Assembly: GCA_977020255.1 (NCBI GenBank)
Contig: CDROCS010000506.1
Span: forward strand, 2,294,001 to 2,358,000
Reading direction: 5' to 3'
From: Obrimoposthia wandeli
Taxonomy: Eukaryota
Length of the DNA stretch: 64,000 bases
The position numbers and the translations under genes are program-made. Shown one piece after another: positions 23,360 to 33,668 of the stretch. Under the pieces are notes generated by a model, which searched no databases, had not been told where the DNA came from, and worked only from the letters and a program-made list of their open reading frames with translations. Numbering within the stretch: the first letter of the stretch is position 1; every line of letters begins with the position of its first letter.

Positions 23360-25386
23360 TGAGCATACTTCAGTGTTTAAAAGAATTAGCCAATGAAAAT
23401 CAGATCCGTCAACTTGATTATCAATTCGCTCGATTTATTAGTAATTATGAATCTGAACCCGCGATCATTTTATTAGCCTGCTTAACCAGTTATCAACTGG
23501 GTAAAGGCCATGTGTGCATTGATTTACAGGGTATCGATAGTAATGCGTTATTTGATCTAAATCTAACTCGTTCACACTTATTACTGGCGGAAATATCGAG
23601 TCGCAATGAGTCTTGGCCAAGTTTATTAGCAAACTCAGCTGTTGTGGGTGAGTCTGCGCCACTGCAGTTTGTTGCTGACGCAGGTAAATTATATTTACAG
23701 CGTTACTGGGCTTACGAATTACAAGTTGCGCAGCAGTTGAAGAATTTAGCAAAGCAAAGTCAACAGCCAGATCTCAGTGCCAGCCTTAACCGTTTATTTA
23801 AACGTGATTATGGTTTCCTCTTTCCTATTTTAGCCAAAGAACGAGAAGTTAATTTTAGTACGCAGTCATTTGTGGCCAAGTACTTAGATGTCGTCAAGAA
23901 AGGTCGTATTAGCTGGAGTGATGTGGAGCAAGTATTACTCACGGCTAAAAATGCCCAAGAACTGCATGCTTTAGATAGCTTGATCCCTGAGGCGTATTGT
24001 CTTAATTGGCAAAAGCTATCTGTCGCTGTCGCAGCGACACGTCATTTCTCAGTTATTTCAGGTGGCCCCGGTACAGGTAAAACAACCACAGTAACTAAAC
24101 TATTGGCGTTATTGATTGAACAAGGTTTACTCGCGCAGCAGGCGTTAACGATTAAACTTGTTGCACCAACAGGTAAAGCGGCAGCTCGTTTAACTGAGTC
24201 GATCGCGGGTGCGAAGGGCAAATTGGATTTACCCGTGAATGTAGCGGATCTTATTCCTGAACAAGCAGGAACAATACACCGATTATTAGGGGTTATCCCG
24301 AATAGACAAGCATTCCGTCACAATAAAGATAACCCATTACACCTAGATGTTCTGGTTGTTGATGAAGCTTCAATGGTCGATTTACCACTGATGGCGAAAT
24401 TATTAGCGGCATTACCGCCCCATGCTCGATTGATATTACTGGGCGATAAAGATCAACTTGCGTCGGTAGAGGCGGGCTCTGTATTAGCGGATATCTGTGC
24501 TTATGCAACGAAGGGTTATTCTGCTGGGCAAGTAAACTGGTTATCTGGTATTACCGATTACGATCTAAACCAGTACCAAGCAACAGATGCGACGGCGATA
24601 TATGACAGCCTCTGCTTATTACGTAAGAGTTATCGTTTCGATGCTGAATCTGGCATTGGTTGTTTAGCTGGGGCGGTGAATCGAGGTGATCTAAATGAAT
24701 TTGATAGCGTTTGGGAAAACCAACATGATGATATTAACTTGCACCCGTTATCGGCAGAAACCTATGACGCGCTTATTGCTATGGCCAAAACAGGTTATCA
24801 AGATTACTTAGCTAAGGTAGTTGTATCACCGAGTGATGAGGACGCAAAATCGATACTCCGTAGTTTTAATGATTTCCAAATTTTAACCGCAATCAGAGAA
24901 GGCGATTTTGGTGTTGATGGTTTAAATCAACGTATCGAAAAAGCATTATTAGCGGCGCGTAAGATACGTAAAGATCAATCGGAATGGTATGCCGGTAGAC
25001 CGATTATGATCACTAATAATGACCATGGCCTTGGTTTATACAATGGTGATATTGGTATTTGTATGCAGGATGAAGATCGTCGTATGCGGGTTTACTTTGA
25101 AATGGCGGACGGTCATGTGCAATCTTTTTTACCGAGTCGATTGCCGCCACATCAAACTGTCTTTGCAATGACTATCCATAAATCACAAGGTTCTGAGTTT
25201 AGACACACGGTCATGATTTTACCTAATCGCTTTAATCCAGTGCTGACCAGAGAGCTAGTTTATACTGGTATTACCCGTGCAAAAGAGCAATTAGATATAT
25301 TCACTAATGTGACGGTGATGAAAAAGGCGATTAAATTACGTACCGAACGCGTCAGTGGGTTAATGGCATTGCTTAACCAAGATTAA
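23359..25386 (+). CDS. recD: Exodeoxyribonuclease V alpha subunit
   Basis: GGPGTGKTT, APTGKAAARL, VDEASMVD, AMTIHKSQGSEF, YTGITRAK; TAATG coupling with recB. Confidence 0.97.
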   Translation: MSILQCLKELANENQIRQLDYQFARFISNYESEPAIILLACLTSYQLGKGHVCIDLQGIDSNALFDLNLTRSHLLLAEISSRNESWPSLLANSAVVGESAPLQFVADAGKLYLQRYWAYELQVAQQLKNLAKQSQQPDLSASLNRLFKRDYGFLFPILAKEREVNFSTQSFVAKYLDVVKKGRISWSDVEQVLLTAKNAQELHALDSLIPEAYCLNWQKLSVAVAATRHFSVISGGPGTGKTTTVTKLLALLIEQGLLAQQALTIKLVAPTGKAAARLTESIAGAKGKLDLPVNVADLIPEQAGTIHRLLGVIPNRQAFRHNKDNPLHLDVLVVDEASMVDLPLMAKLLAALPPHARLILLGDKDQLASVEAGSVLADICAYATKGYSAGQVNWLSGITDYDLNQYQATDATAIYDSLCLLRKSYRFDAESGIGCLAGAVNRGDLNEFDSVWENQHDDINLHPLSAETYDALIAMAKTGYQDYLAKVVVSPSDEDAKSILRSFNDFQILTAIREGDFGVDGLNQRIEKALLAARKIRKDQSEWYAGRPIMITNNDHGLGLYNGDIGICMQDEDRRMRVYFEMADGHVQSFLPSRLPPHQTVFAMTIHKSQGSEFRHTVMILPNRFNPVLTRELVYTGITRAKEQLDIFTNVTVMKKAIKLRTERVSGLMALLNQD

Positions 25387-25572
25387 CGAATCGTAGATTT
25401 AGACCCTTAATTATCATTTATCCTAAAAAGGCAATGCTTTGTTATCGATTTTGCAAAGATATAGACTAAAAGTTGGCGTTTGATCACATTTATGCCTTAC
25501 TTACCGTGTTATCTTCGCCGCGATTTTCGTTAACCTATAATATATCGCTTAAAGCCTTATTTGGAGAGTGTT

Positions 25573-26808
25573 TTGCTTACGGATAAAAAGAGTTTAGTTA
25601 AAAATATTGGATTTCAAGTTGTTATCGCCATGATCATTGGTGCAGCTGTTGGTGCATTTATGGGGGAAGGCGCTGCCATTTTTGCACCGTTGGGTGCGTT
25701 ATTCATTAATTTGATTAAAATGTTAGTTATCCCACTTGTTGCTGTATCGATTATTGCCGGTGCTGCAAATCTTGGTGATAGCCCTTCCGCAGGTAAAATT
25801 GGTGTTGGTACGTTTTTATTCTTTATGCTGACATCTGCAATTGCAGTGGCGCTTGCCTTAATTATGGGTAATGTATTTGAGCCAGGTGTAGGTGTTGATT
25901 TTTCTCAGCATACTGCGGGTCTGGCTGTTGTAACTGCCGAACAAGGTGCGTTGCCAGGTGTATTTGATACTATTATCGGTATGATCCCTACGAATGTATT
26001 CAGTGCTTTAACTAGTGGCAATATTCTCCAAATCTTAGTATTTAGTATTTTCTTTGGTATTGCGCTGACGAAAGTAGATCGTGCGCGTTCAAAACCGATT
26101 ATGGATGGTCTAAACACGATCATCGATGCGTTTGTGTGGATGATTAATTGTGTGATGATCATTGCCCCAATTGGTGTGTTTGGTCTGATGGCTGAATCGG
26201 TGGGTACGTTTGGTTTTAGTGCATTAGCAGTAGTATTGAAATTATTCGTGGTTTATATCGCAGCGATTATTATTTACGGTTTTATTTTCTATCCACTCGT
26301 TGTGAAGTTCTTTTCTGATACGCCTGTACTCAAATTTATGTCGGCGATGAAGAAACCACAGGCACTTGCATTATCGACAGCGTCATCAATGGCGACACTA
26401 CCAGTGACACTGGAAGTGTGTGAGAAAGAATTAAACATTGCTAAATCAACAGCGTCATTTGTATTGCCGTTAGGCGCGACAATCAATATGAGTGGTAATG
26501 CCATTTATTATGGTTTGGTTGCTGTGTTCTTTGCGCAAATGTTCAATGTTGAATTGGGTATGGCGGCTTACGTTGCGATTATCTTTACATCGACATTGGG
26601 TGCAATTGGTCAAGCGGGTGTACCTGGACCTTCTTTCCTTGTTGTTGCGGTATTACTTGCCGCTGGTATTCCAATCGAAGGTTTACCACTATTATTCGCA
26701 TTAGACCGTATTTTCGACATGGTGCGTACTGCACTGAATATTACTGGTGATGCTGTGTGTGCTGTCGTTATGGATAAATATAACCCAGAGCACCAAGTCA
26801 CTAAATAA
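25573..26808 (+). CDS. Dicarboxylate/amino acid:cation symporter (DAACS/GltP family)
   Basis: STASSMATLP, PLGATINMSG and DRIFDMVRTALNITGD transporter motifs; probable TTG start at 25573 after GGAG (ORF track starts 25561). Confidence 0.92.
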   Translation: MLTDKKSLVKNIGFQVVIAMIIGAAVGAFMGEGAAIFAPLGALFINLIKMLVIPLVAVSIIAGAANLGDSPSAGKIGVGTFLFFMLTSAIAVALALIMGNVFEPGVGVDFSQHTAGLAVVTAEQGALPGVFDTIIGMIPTNVFSALTSGNILQILVFSIFFGIALTKVDRARSKPIMDGLNTIIDAFVWMINCVMIIAPIGVFGLMAESVGTFGFSALAVVLKLFVVYIAAIIIYGFIFYPLVVKFFSDTPVLKFMSAMKKPQALALSTASSMATLPVTLEVCEKELNIAKSTASFVLPLGATINMSGNAIYYGLVAVFFAQMFNVELGMAAYVAIIFTSTLGAIGQAGVPGPSFLVVAVLLAAGIPIEGLPLLFALDRIFDMVRTALNITGDAVCAVVMDKYNPEHQVTK

Positions 26809-26877
26809 TACTGACTTAGATAATGCTTACTTCAATTGAATAATAAATAATAGAGCAAGTAGATAGTTTTAGATTAG

Positions 26878-26906
26878 AAGCCACGCCGATTCGGAGTGGC
26901 TTTTTT
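26878..26906. terminator. Intrinsic terminator between convergent symporter and miaA-like genes
   Basis: AAGCCAC...GTGGCTT stem plus T-run. Confidence 0.75.
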
Positions 26907-26951
26907 GATGCTAGGAAGTGAGGATTTAGCGTTATTATGCGAGTCTAAATG

Positions 26952-27875
26952 TTAGCTTCTTTGAAATTGATTGAGTACCGCTTGTGCTTGTTCATTAATA
27001 TCACCAGTACCGTCTAACCAGTGAATAATAGCACCTTGGCGTTCCATTCTTCTAAACCAGGTATCTTGGCGCTTGGCGTATTTATGAATGGCAATATTTA
27101 ATATATCAAACATTTCATCATAGCTGATCTTGCCTTCGATATACTGGCTAACAAAGCGGTATTCAAGCCCAAGGTACTCTAACTTCTCATGGGTAATACC
27201 TTGCGCTAACAAGCCTTCAACTTCTTCAATCATGCCGTGTTCTAAACGTTCTTTTAAACGTAAGGTAATGCGCTGACGTAATACACTGCGATCCCATTTT
27301 ATACCGAAATACAGTGGTTTTATTTCTGGAAGCACTGTTTTGATAACTGTGCTTGTTTGTGATGCCGCATGTTGGGCTATTTCAATGGCGCGATACAAAC
27401 GTGGACGCACAGTAATATCCGTTGCTGTATAGGATTGGCTATCAAGTTCAAGCAAAATTTGTTGCACATCCTCTAAAGCCATTTCAGCAAACTGTTCTCG
27501 CTGGGGGATATTTTTATCGAGTTGTACAAATTCATAACCAGCAACCACTGCATCTATGTATAAACCAGTGCCGCCGACAAGTAGTGGTAATTTTTCACGT
27601 TGGTTAATATCTTTAAATGCCTTGAAGAAGTCACGCTGAAATTGAAAGGCGTTATATTCTTTACCGGGTTCGATAATATCAATCAGATGGTAAGGCACAT
27701 CACCATACTCAGCTAAATCTTTGCCTGAACCAATATCGAGGCCAGTATAGACCTGTCGAGAATCGCCCGAAATCACTTCACCGTTTAATTTTTTGGCTAA
27801 ATCGACACCTAAGCGTGTTTTCCCCGATGCGGTCGCGCCGAGTACGACGATAAGATTATATTGTTGTTGAGACAT
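26952..27875 (-). CDS. miaA: tRNA dimethylallyltransferase-family protein (stand-alone MiaA paralogue)
   Basis: GATASGKT P-loop, DSRQVY, PYHLIDI, VGGTGLY, YAKRQDTWFR; not in the usual mutL-miaA-hfq context. Confidence 0.88.
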   Translation of the reverse strand: MSQQQYNLIVVLGATASGKTRLGVDLAKKLNGEVISGDSRQVYTGLDIGSGKDLAEYGDVPYHLIDIIEPGKEYNAFQFQRDFFKAFKDINQREKLPLLVGGTGLYIDAVVAGYEFVQLDKNIPQREQFAEMALEDVQQILLELDSQSYTATDITVRPRLYRAIEIAQHAASQTSTVIKTVLPEIKPLYFGIKWDRSVLRQRITLRLKERLEHGMIEEVEGLLAQGITHEKLEYLGLEYRFVSQYIEGKISYDEMFDILNIAIHKYAKRQDTWFRRMERQGAIIHWLDGTGDINEQAQAVLNQFQRS

Positions 27876-28145
27876 TAAGTTACCTGAATAAATAATTGCG
27901 CTATGTGCAGACCGAAATGGTAACTCAAGCAGGCTGTGTGACCAATAGTCTTTTTAAGATTGCCAGTAAACTAATTTTAATTTTGAAAAATTAAGCGATT
28001 AATTAATGAAATAGTGGGGAAATCGCAGTTATGCAGTCAAAAAGGTGGTAATTTATCAAGATTATTCAAATTATACGCTAGATGATTATGGTTTTAGCGT
28101 TATAATCGACTTCTTGTATTGTTACTTATGATCGGAATCGTTGTA

Positions 28146-28607
28146 ATGTCGCTTAATGCTCATCTTGATGAATTAGATAAAAAAATCCTTAATGCATTGA
28201 TGGTTAATGCGCGCGTTCCTTATGCTGAACTGGCGAAAAAGTTTAATGTAAGTGCGGGTACTATCCATGTTCGTGTCGAAAAAATGAAATCAACAGGTGT
28301 CATCCTTGGCACTAAAGTTGAAGTGTGTCCGAAGAAGCTTGGCTATGACGTGTGTTGTTTTATTGGTATTAATTTAAAGAGCGCAAAAGATTATCCTTCT
28401 GCGTTAGCGCAATTAAAAGCGTTAGATGAAGTCGTTGAAGCATATTACACAACGGGTAATTATAATATTTTTGTAAAACTGATGACGCGCTCGATTGATG
28501 AATTACAAAAAGTATTGATTGATAAAATTCAACAGATTGAAGAAGTGCAATCGACAGAAACATTGATCTCGTTACAAAACCCTATTAGCCGTGATGTTCA
28601 TCCGTAA
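28146..28607 (+). CDS. asnC: Lrp/AsnC-family regulator AsnC
   Basis: LGYDVCCFIGINLKSAKDYPSAL, EAYYTTG, STETLISLQNPI match E. coli AsnC closely; probable ATG at 28146 (ORF track starts 28119). Confidence 0.9.
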   Translation: MSLNAHLDELDKKILNALMVNARVPYAELAKKFNVSAGTIHVRVEKMKSTGVILGTKVEVCPKKLGYDVCCFIGINLKSAKDYPSALAQLKALDEVVEAYYTTGNYNIFVKLMTRSIDELQKVLIDKIQQIEEVQSTETLISLQNPISRDVHP

Positions 28608-28705
28608 CTTTAGCCGCTAATTATAAATGACATAAATGCTATAAGTTAACCTCGTCCTGATCAATAATGAGGTTAACGTCAATTTGTTGTATGCAAGGAA
28701 TAACA

Positions 28706-29941
28706 ATGAAAGAGCAGGGATTCACTACGCATTTAGTTCATCATGATCACAATCAAAATTTAGAGTTTGGCGCTATTCACGCACCAATTTATAACTCTGC
28801 CACTTACGGCTATGATGATATTCAAGATCTTATCGATATCTTTCAAGGTCGCCAAGCTGGCCAAGCCTATGCTCGTCAAGCAACGCCAACGATTGATATG
28901 TTACAGAACATGATCTGTGAAATGGAACAGGGTAAAGCATCACTTTGTTTTAGCTCCGGTATGGCGGCGATTGTCGCGGTATTTTTGACTTTATTAAAAG
29001 GTGGCGATCATATCGTTGCCAGCCGTTTCTTATTCGGTAATACCTCAAGTGTGTTTGGCACGTTAAAAAGTTTTGGTATTGAAGTAACGCTTGTAGATGC
29101 TACAGATGTTGCCAACGTTGCAGCAGCTTGCCAAGCGAACACTAAAATGGTGTTTGTAGAAACAATTGCTAACCCAGCTACACAAGTCTGTGATTTAGCT
29201 GAAATCGGTGAACTATGTGATGCCAAAGGCTTACTATATGTTGTCGATAATACGATTACGTCAGCCTATCTTTTCCAACCGAAAGCGGTTAAATGCCATC
29301 TGATCGTTACTTCGCTATCAAAGTATTTTGGTGGTCACGGTAATGTGATTGGTGGCTCTGTTACGGACACGGGTTTATTTGACTGGTCACAGTATCCAAA
29401 TATTTTTGAAGCGTACCGTAAAGGTGATCCTGCAATGTGGGGTTATGCGCAGATGAAGAAGAAAGGCTTACGTGATATGGGGGCTTGCTTGAGTTCTGAA
29501 GCCGCTGGCCAATTAGCGCTAGGTTCAGAAACGATGGCGCTGCGTATAAAACAATCATCTAGCTCGGCGTTGGCTCTTGCACTCATGTTAGAGAACCACC
29601 CAAAAGTTGATCGTGTTTATTATCCTGGTCTAGAATCACACCCACAATATGCCCGTGCTAAATCATTATTTGGCGCATCAGGGTCGATGTTGAGTTTAGA
29701 CTTGAAAGAAGGCTTCGATTGTTGCCAATTTTTGAATGAATTGAAACTGGTTATTGGCGCAACGCACTTAGGTGATAATCGTAGTTTAGCACTACCTGTA
29801 GCACCGACTATTTTCTATGAAATAGGGCTAGCAGCGCGTCAAGAATCGGGTATTAGTGAGAATATGATCCGCTGTTCAATTGGTATTGAAGATACCGAAG
29901 ATTTACTGGCTGACTTTACCCAAGCACTAGCAAGTCTGTAA
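28706..29941 (+). CDS. Cystathionine gamma-synthase-family PLP trans-sulfuration enzyme
   Basis: FSSGMAAI, ETIANP, VVDNT, TSLSKYFGGHG (PLP lysine), LGDNRSL, SIGIEDTEDL; probable ATG 28706 after AAGGA. Confidence 0.9.
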   Translation: MKEQGFTTHLVHHDHNQNLEFGAIHAPIYNSATYGYDDIQDLIDIFQGRQAGQAYARQATPTIDMLQNMICEMEQGKASLCFSSGMAAIVAVFLTLLKGGDHIVASRFLFGNTSSVFGTLKSFGIEVTLVDATDVANVAAACQANTKMVFVETIANPATQVCDLAEIGELCDAKGLLYVVDNTITSAYLFQPKAVKCHLIVTSLSKYFGGHGNVIGGSVTDTGLFDWSQYPNIFEAYRKGDPAMWGYAQMKKKGLRDMGACLSSEAAGQLALGSETMALRIKQSSSSALALALMLENHPKVDRVYYPGLESHPQYARAKSLFGASGSMLSLDLKEGFDCCQFLNELKLVIGATHLGDNRSLALPVAPTIFYEIGLAARQESGISENMIRCSIGIEDTEDLLADFTQALASL

Positions 29942-29959
29942 GTCGTCACGCTATATAAG

Positions 29960-29995
29960 AAAGGCCTAAGTCATTGTTGTGACTTAGGCCTTTTT
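29960..29995. terminator. Bidirectional intrinsic terminator
   Basis: AAAGGCCTAAGTCA...TGACTTAGGCCTTTTT between convergent genes. Confidence 0.9.
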
Positions 29996-30029
29996 AATTT
30001 TAATCGGACTACCAAATGGTTATGACGCT

Positions 30030-31712
30030 TTAACCGTGATGAGCATAATCAAAATCAATTTGTTTATCTTTATGTACAATACGGCAAGGGCCATATTCAC
30101 GTTGTGTGATTGTTGATGCCGACCCAATATTTAATGTCACATTATCAAAAATACATTTACCTACATCAATAAGGTGTACTTGGTAATATTGCTCTAGCTC
30201 TAACTGTAGTAGTTGTAATTCAATTTCATCATCTACGCGTTGTTGGTTGAATCTATTTTTAGAATACAGCATTTCTTTTATTTCAGTCACTACACCGTGA
30301 TCGTGTTTCCATTTTTCTTTCGGTGGTAGATTATTGATTTTAATCCACAGTGAGTTATCTTCTTCTACCAATGCTTTCAATTCTAGACTGCTATTTTGCA
30401 CTTGCTCACGTATGTCATCTTCTTGCATAGCACAAAAAATTTCAGTTTTAGTACCTGATGTCGCACCAATACTGACGACGTTAATACCATTGTTAGCGGT
30501 CACGCTGCCACCAACGATATCACCTCGGCGGTTGAAACCGTCATTGACTGTCAACTTGCCTTGGGTATTAGTAACACTGTGTAATAACTGTTTGGTGATG
30601 GTGATATCACCAATGGCTGTTAACGCTGAATATTGCACAAACTGTGCGCGTATCTGTCCTTGCGCGGTGATTTTAGTCGCCAGTTCTTGAAGGTTATCTT
30701 TGTTGGTTACTTGACGTCCTAAAACACCTTTGTTGACGATAACATCGCCTTCGGCTATTAAAGTTGCGGAATCAACGAATCCCATGACGGTAATATCACC
30801 ACTGCTTTGTACTATCATATCTGCATCAACATCACCGGTGATGAGGATGCTACCTTTAAATTTAATGTGTCCTGTACTGACATCGACACTTTTAATTGTC
30901 AGCATATCATCGACTTGTAAGACGCCTCTAACCTCAACGACTTGACCTGTCATGGTTGCAAGTAACTTCAATGGATTGTTGGGATCAATACAGGTACCAG
31001 GGCCAGCTTGTAGCTTGGTATCTTTACCTGATTTCGGTAATAGTTCTTTGCCCAATAAATCGAATCCTTTAGTACCATCATCGGCAGGTATTTTTTCGAT
31101 GAGGACATCGTTAGTCTCGACCATCTCTATTTCACCAAGGTTACGCATATCAACATTCCCGTCAGCTTTAAGCTGTGGCTGCAATAAGCGTTCTCGGGCT
31201 AATGATACTTGGCGTTTTAACTCAGCGTTTTTACCATGGATGGGTAATTGACCTTCTGCTGCGATAATCGTGATTTCTTGACCAGGAGATAGTGCAGATA
31301 ATTGAGTCAGTTGTGCAGCTATTTTTTGTTTATCAATACCAAGGTTAATTTTGCTGTTATTGAGTTCAGTTAAAATATCATCAACTGAAACCTGGTGTTC
31401 ACCCCAACCTGCCGTTAAATTTATTACTGCTTGCATGTTGTCTTTACTGAGCGAGATTTCTATTTTGCAGTTATTACGATCAGCGAGAATAAATAAAAAC
31501 TCTTCCGCGCCAGCGCGTTTTCCTGTGAGTTTATTTATTTGGCTGACGGCCTCTTCAAGGTTAGCAAGAATGGGCGATAATTGATTAAACGGCTCGACAT
31601 TGAGTAAGCTAAGTAGATTAGGTACTGTCAGTGGTGCGTGTTTATTTGGGATCAGGCGGACTTCGGCTTGATTATTGTCTTTACTTAGCCTAATTAATTC
31701 TGAGTCCAGCAT
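30030..31712 (-). CDS. DUF342/FapA-family protein
   Basis: VDMRNLG, VDVSTGHIKFKGSILITGDV, IVGGSVTA repeated beta-type motifs and a C-terminal coiled coil, typical of DUF342. Confidence 0.85.
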   Translation of the reverse strand: MLDSELIRLSKDNNQAEVRLIPNKHAPLTVPNLLSLLNVEPFNQLSPILANLEEAVSQINKLTGKRAGAEEFLFILADRNNCKIEISLSKDNMQAVINLTAGWGEHQVSVDDILTELNNSKINLGIDKQKIAAQLTQLSALSPGQEITIIAAEGQLPIHGKNAELKRQVSLARERLLQPQLKADGNVDMRNLGEIEMVETNDVLIEKIPADDGTKGFDLLGKELLPKSGKDTKLQAGPGTCIDPNNPLKLLATMTGQVVEVRGVLQVDDMLTIKSVDVSTGHIKFKGSILITGDVDADMIVQSSGDITVMGFVDSATLIAEGDVIVNKGVLGRQVTNKDNLQELATKITAQGQIRAQFVQYSALTAIGDITITKQLLHSVTNTQGKLTVNDGFNRRGDIVGGSVTANNGINVVSIGATSGTKTEIFCAMQEDDIREQVQNSSLELKALVEEDNSLWIKINNLPPKEKWKHDHGVVTEIKEMLYSKNRFNQQRVDDEIELQLLQLELEQYYQVHLIDVGKCIFDNVTLNIGSASTITQREYGPCRIVHKDKQIDFDYAHHG

Positions 31713-32051
31713 GCAAGATCCTAAATGTTCGCGGGGCGTTAGTGTTTCAATTATAGCAGTATAAACTTAACCTAAAGTAGTAATAACTTATTGAAATACT
31801 CGGTTTAGTGATCTTAAACTGACTTTGATATTTAAGCGATTTATTATATCGCGACGTGGTTTAATTTGGCGTTTTATATTGATTTATTATGTTTTAGGTC
31901 TGGATTTTAGCCGTATCGCAATGTATTTAATGGCTGTCATAGTCGATAATTATTAAACCGCATTATAATTTATCTTATTTTGTGAACTAGGGTTATTCAT
32001 CGAATCATTCCCTGCTAATTTCCTTTGTTACTTTTAGTTATGCGCATTTAC

Positions 32052-32090
32052 TTGTTGTACTTGTATTGACATGGTACTATTTCGCCCCGT
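32052..32090 (+). promoter_or_regulatory. Putative sigma70 promoter of rplY
   Basis: Extended -10 TGG-TACTAT (32072-32080), GC-rich discriminator TTCGCCCCG, weak -35 TTGTTG at 17 bp. Confidence 0.5.
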
Positions 32091-32195
32091 TAATTATACT
32101 GTTGTTGCCCGGTCGCAGGCAGCAGTTAAAAGACGCTTACTGATCTGGATTTTAGTCCAGATCCAATTATTTATACTTATTATTAGGAAAAGATT

Positions 32196-32486
32196 ATGTC
32201 TTTCACTTTTGAAGCACAAGTACGTTCTGACCTTGGGAAAGGTGCGAGCCGCCGCCTACGTCACGCTAACAAATTCCCTGCTGTAATCTACGGTAAAGGC
32301 GAAGAAGCGATCTCTATTGAACTAGAGCAAAACGCAATCAACAACGCACAAGCTGGTAACGCTGAGTTTTTCTCTTCAGTTATCACTCTTGTTGTTGACG
32401 GTAAAGAAATGGCTGTAACTGTTCAAGCTATGCAACGCCACGCGTTCAAGCCAAGAATCCAGCACATTGACTTTATGCGTGCTTAA
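32196..32486 (+). CDS. rplY: 50S ribosomal protein L25 (short form)
   Basis: [20 protein letters not shown] ... [15 protein letters not shown]. Confidence 0.98.
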   Translation: MSFTFEAQVRSDLGKGASRRLRHANKFPAVIYGKGEEAISIELEQNAINNAQAGNAEFFSSVITLVVDGKEMAVTVQAMQRHAFKPRIQHIDFMRA

Positions 32487-32500
32487 TAACGTATTGTGAT

Positions 32501-32542
32501 AAAAAAGCGCCATGTTGATAATTCAACATGGCGCTTTTTTTT
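32501..32542. terminator. Bidirectional terminator
   Basis: AAAAAAGCGCCATGTTGA-TAAT-TCAACATGGCGCTTTTTTT perfect stem with A and T tails. Confidence 0.93.
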
Positions 32543-33050
32543 ACGGTTTTTTACAGACTATCTGCGCAATCGCTCGATCTGGATCACGTTCAATCCCTTC
32601 AAAATAATGCAAACATTCCCAATCACTGAACATCTGTTTTAATTCCCCCAACTGTAATAAAAATGCATCACGGTTAGGTCGCCCAAACTGCCTATTTTCA
32701 ACAGTAAACGTTTCATAAATGACAATACCACCAGAGCATACCGCTTGTTTGATATCGTCAATGAGCGGGCGATGTAAATAGCGAAATACCACGATGCCTT
32801 GATAGCTGTTAGGGTGTAACTGCTGTTGACCCTCTTCAAAATCAACTTGCCAGCATTGTTCGGCACTAATGCCTGGCGTCATCGCTATACTGGTTAATGC
32901 CGCTTGATTGTTGTCGGCGAAAACCATTGGTATCTGCTGCTGTTGTAAATATAAACCATTGCGACCAGCGCCACAGGCTAAATCTAACACGGGTTTACCG
33001 CGGCTTTGAAATAACGAACTGTATTGCTGTAATAGTACCGATGCTGTCAT
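32541..33050 (-). CDS. Class I SAM-dependent methyltransferase (TehB-like)
   Basis: VLDLACGAGRNG motif I, IVVFRYLHRP, GGIVIYETF. Confidence 0.85.
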   Translation of the reverse strand: MTASVLLQQYSSLFQSRGKPVLDLACGAGRNGLYLQQQQIPMVFADNNQAALTSIAMTPGISAEQCWQVDFEEGQQQLHPNSYQGIVVFRYLHRPLIDDIKQAVCSGGIVIYETFTVENRQFGRPNRDAFLLQLGELKQMFSDWECLHYFEGIERDPDRAIAQIVCKKP

Positions 33051-33059
33051 AGGGAACCT

Positions 33060-33449
33060 TTAAGCGATTGCTAACCATGACATCACATCATGGCTTTTAG
33101 CTACGCCAAGAATGTAGGCAAATATAGCAATGGCGACAACACTTGCCCATAAACGGATCACAGCTGTCTTGCCACGTTTAATGGCGATAGTGCCAACAAT
33201 AATATAAGCGATAAGTGCGATTAATTTTGCCGTTAACCAAGCATCCACAAACGGGTATTGTTGGATTGTTACCATTAAATGACCAGCGAGTAATATAAGC
33301 AAGGTATCAATGATGTGCGGTAATATTTTGATTACTTTATTTTGTAATAATGCCGATTCGGTAACCGACAAAATTGAACGGAAAATAAAGAAAGTGATAC
33401 TTAGGTAAGCCATGCCCATGTGCATGTGTTTAACAAATGCGTAATCCAT
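33060..33449 (-). CDS. SirB2/YchQ-family membrane protein
   Basis: KHMH, KILPHIIDTLL, QYPFVDAWLTAKL pattern with four hydrophobic segments. Confidence 0.88.
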   Translation of the reverse strand: MDYAFVKHMHMGMAYLSITFFIFRSILSVTESALLQNKVIKILPHIIDTLLILLAGHLMVTIQQYPFVDAWLTAKLIALIAYIIVGTIAIKRGKTAVIRLWASVVAIAIFAYILGVAKSHDVMSWLAIA

Positions 33450-33668
33450 TGTAATTGCCTGTTGTAAAGTGGTGTGGTTAATTGATTAAGGAATAAATTT
33501 ACTTTCCTCCTTAAATACGTGCTCACGTAGCTTTCGATAAGAAGCATATCTAATTGTTACTGGGTTAGGTAATGAATGCAATGGTTTGGTTATACATAGA
33601 TTTTTAATTTCATATCTTAGGGGCTTGGCTTAAGATAGGGACAGTATACAAATTGGGAACTTACTAGC

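Noticed and set aside
23800-24003. Roughly 50-60 aa extra segment in RecD relative to E. coli
   Set aside because: I recall a similar insertion in Vibrio-type RecD, so it is probably lineage-typical; not verified.
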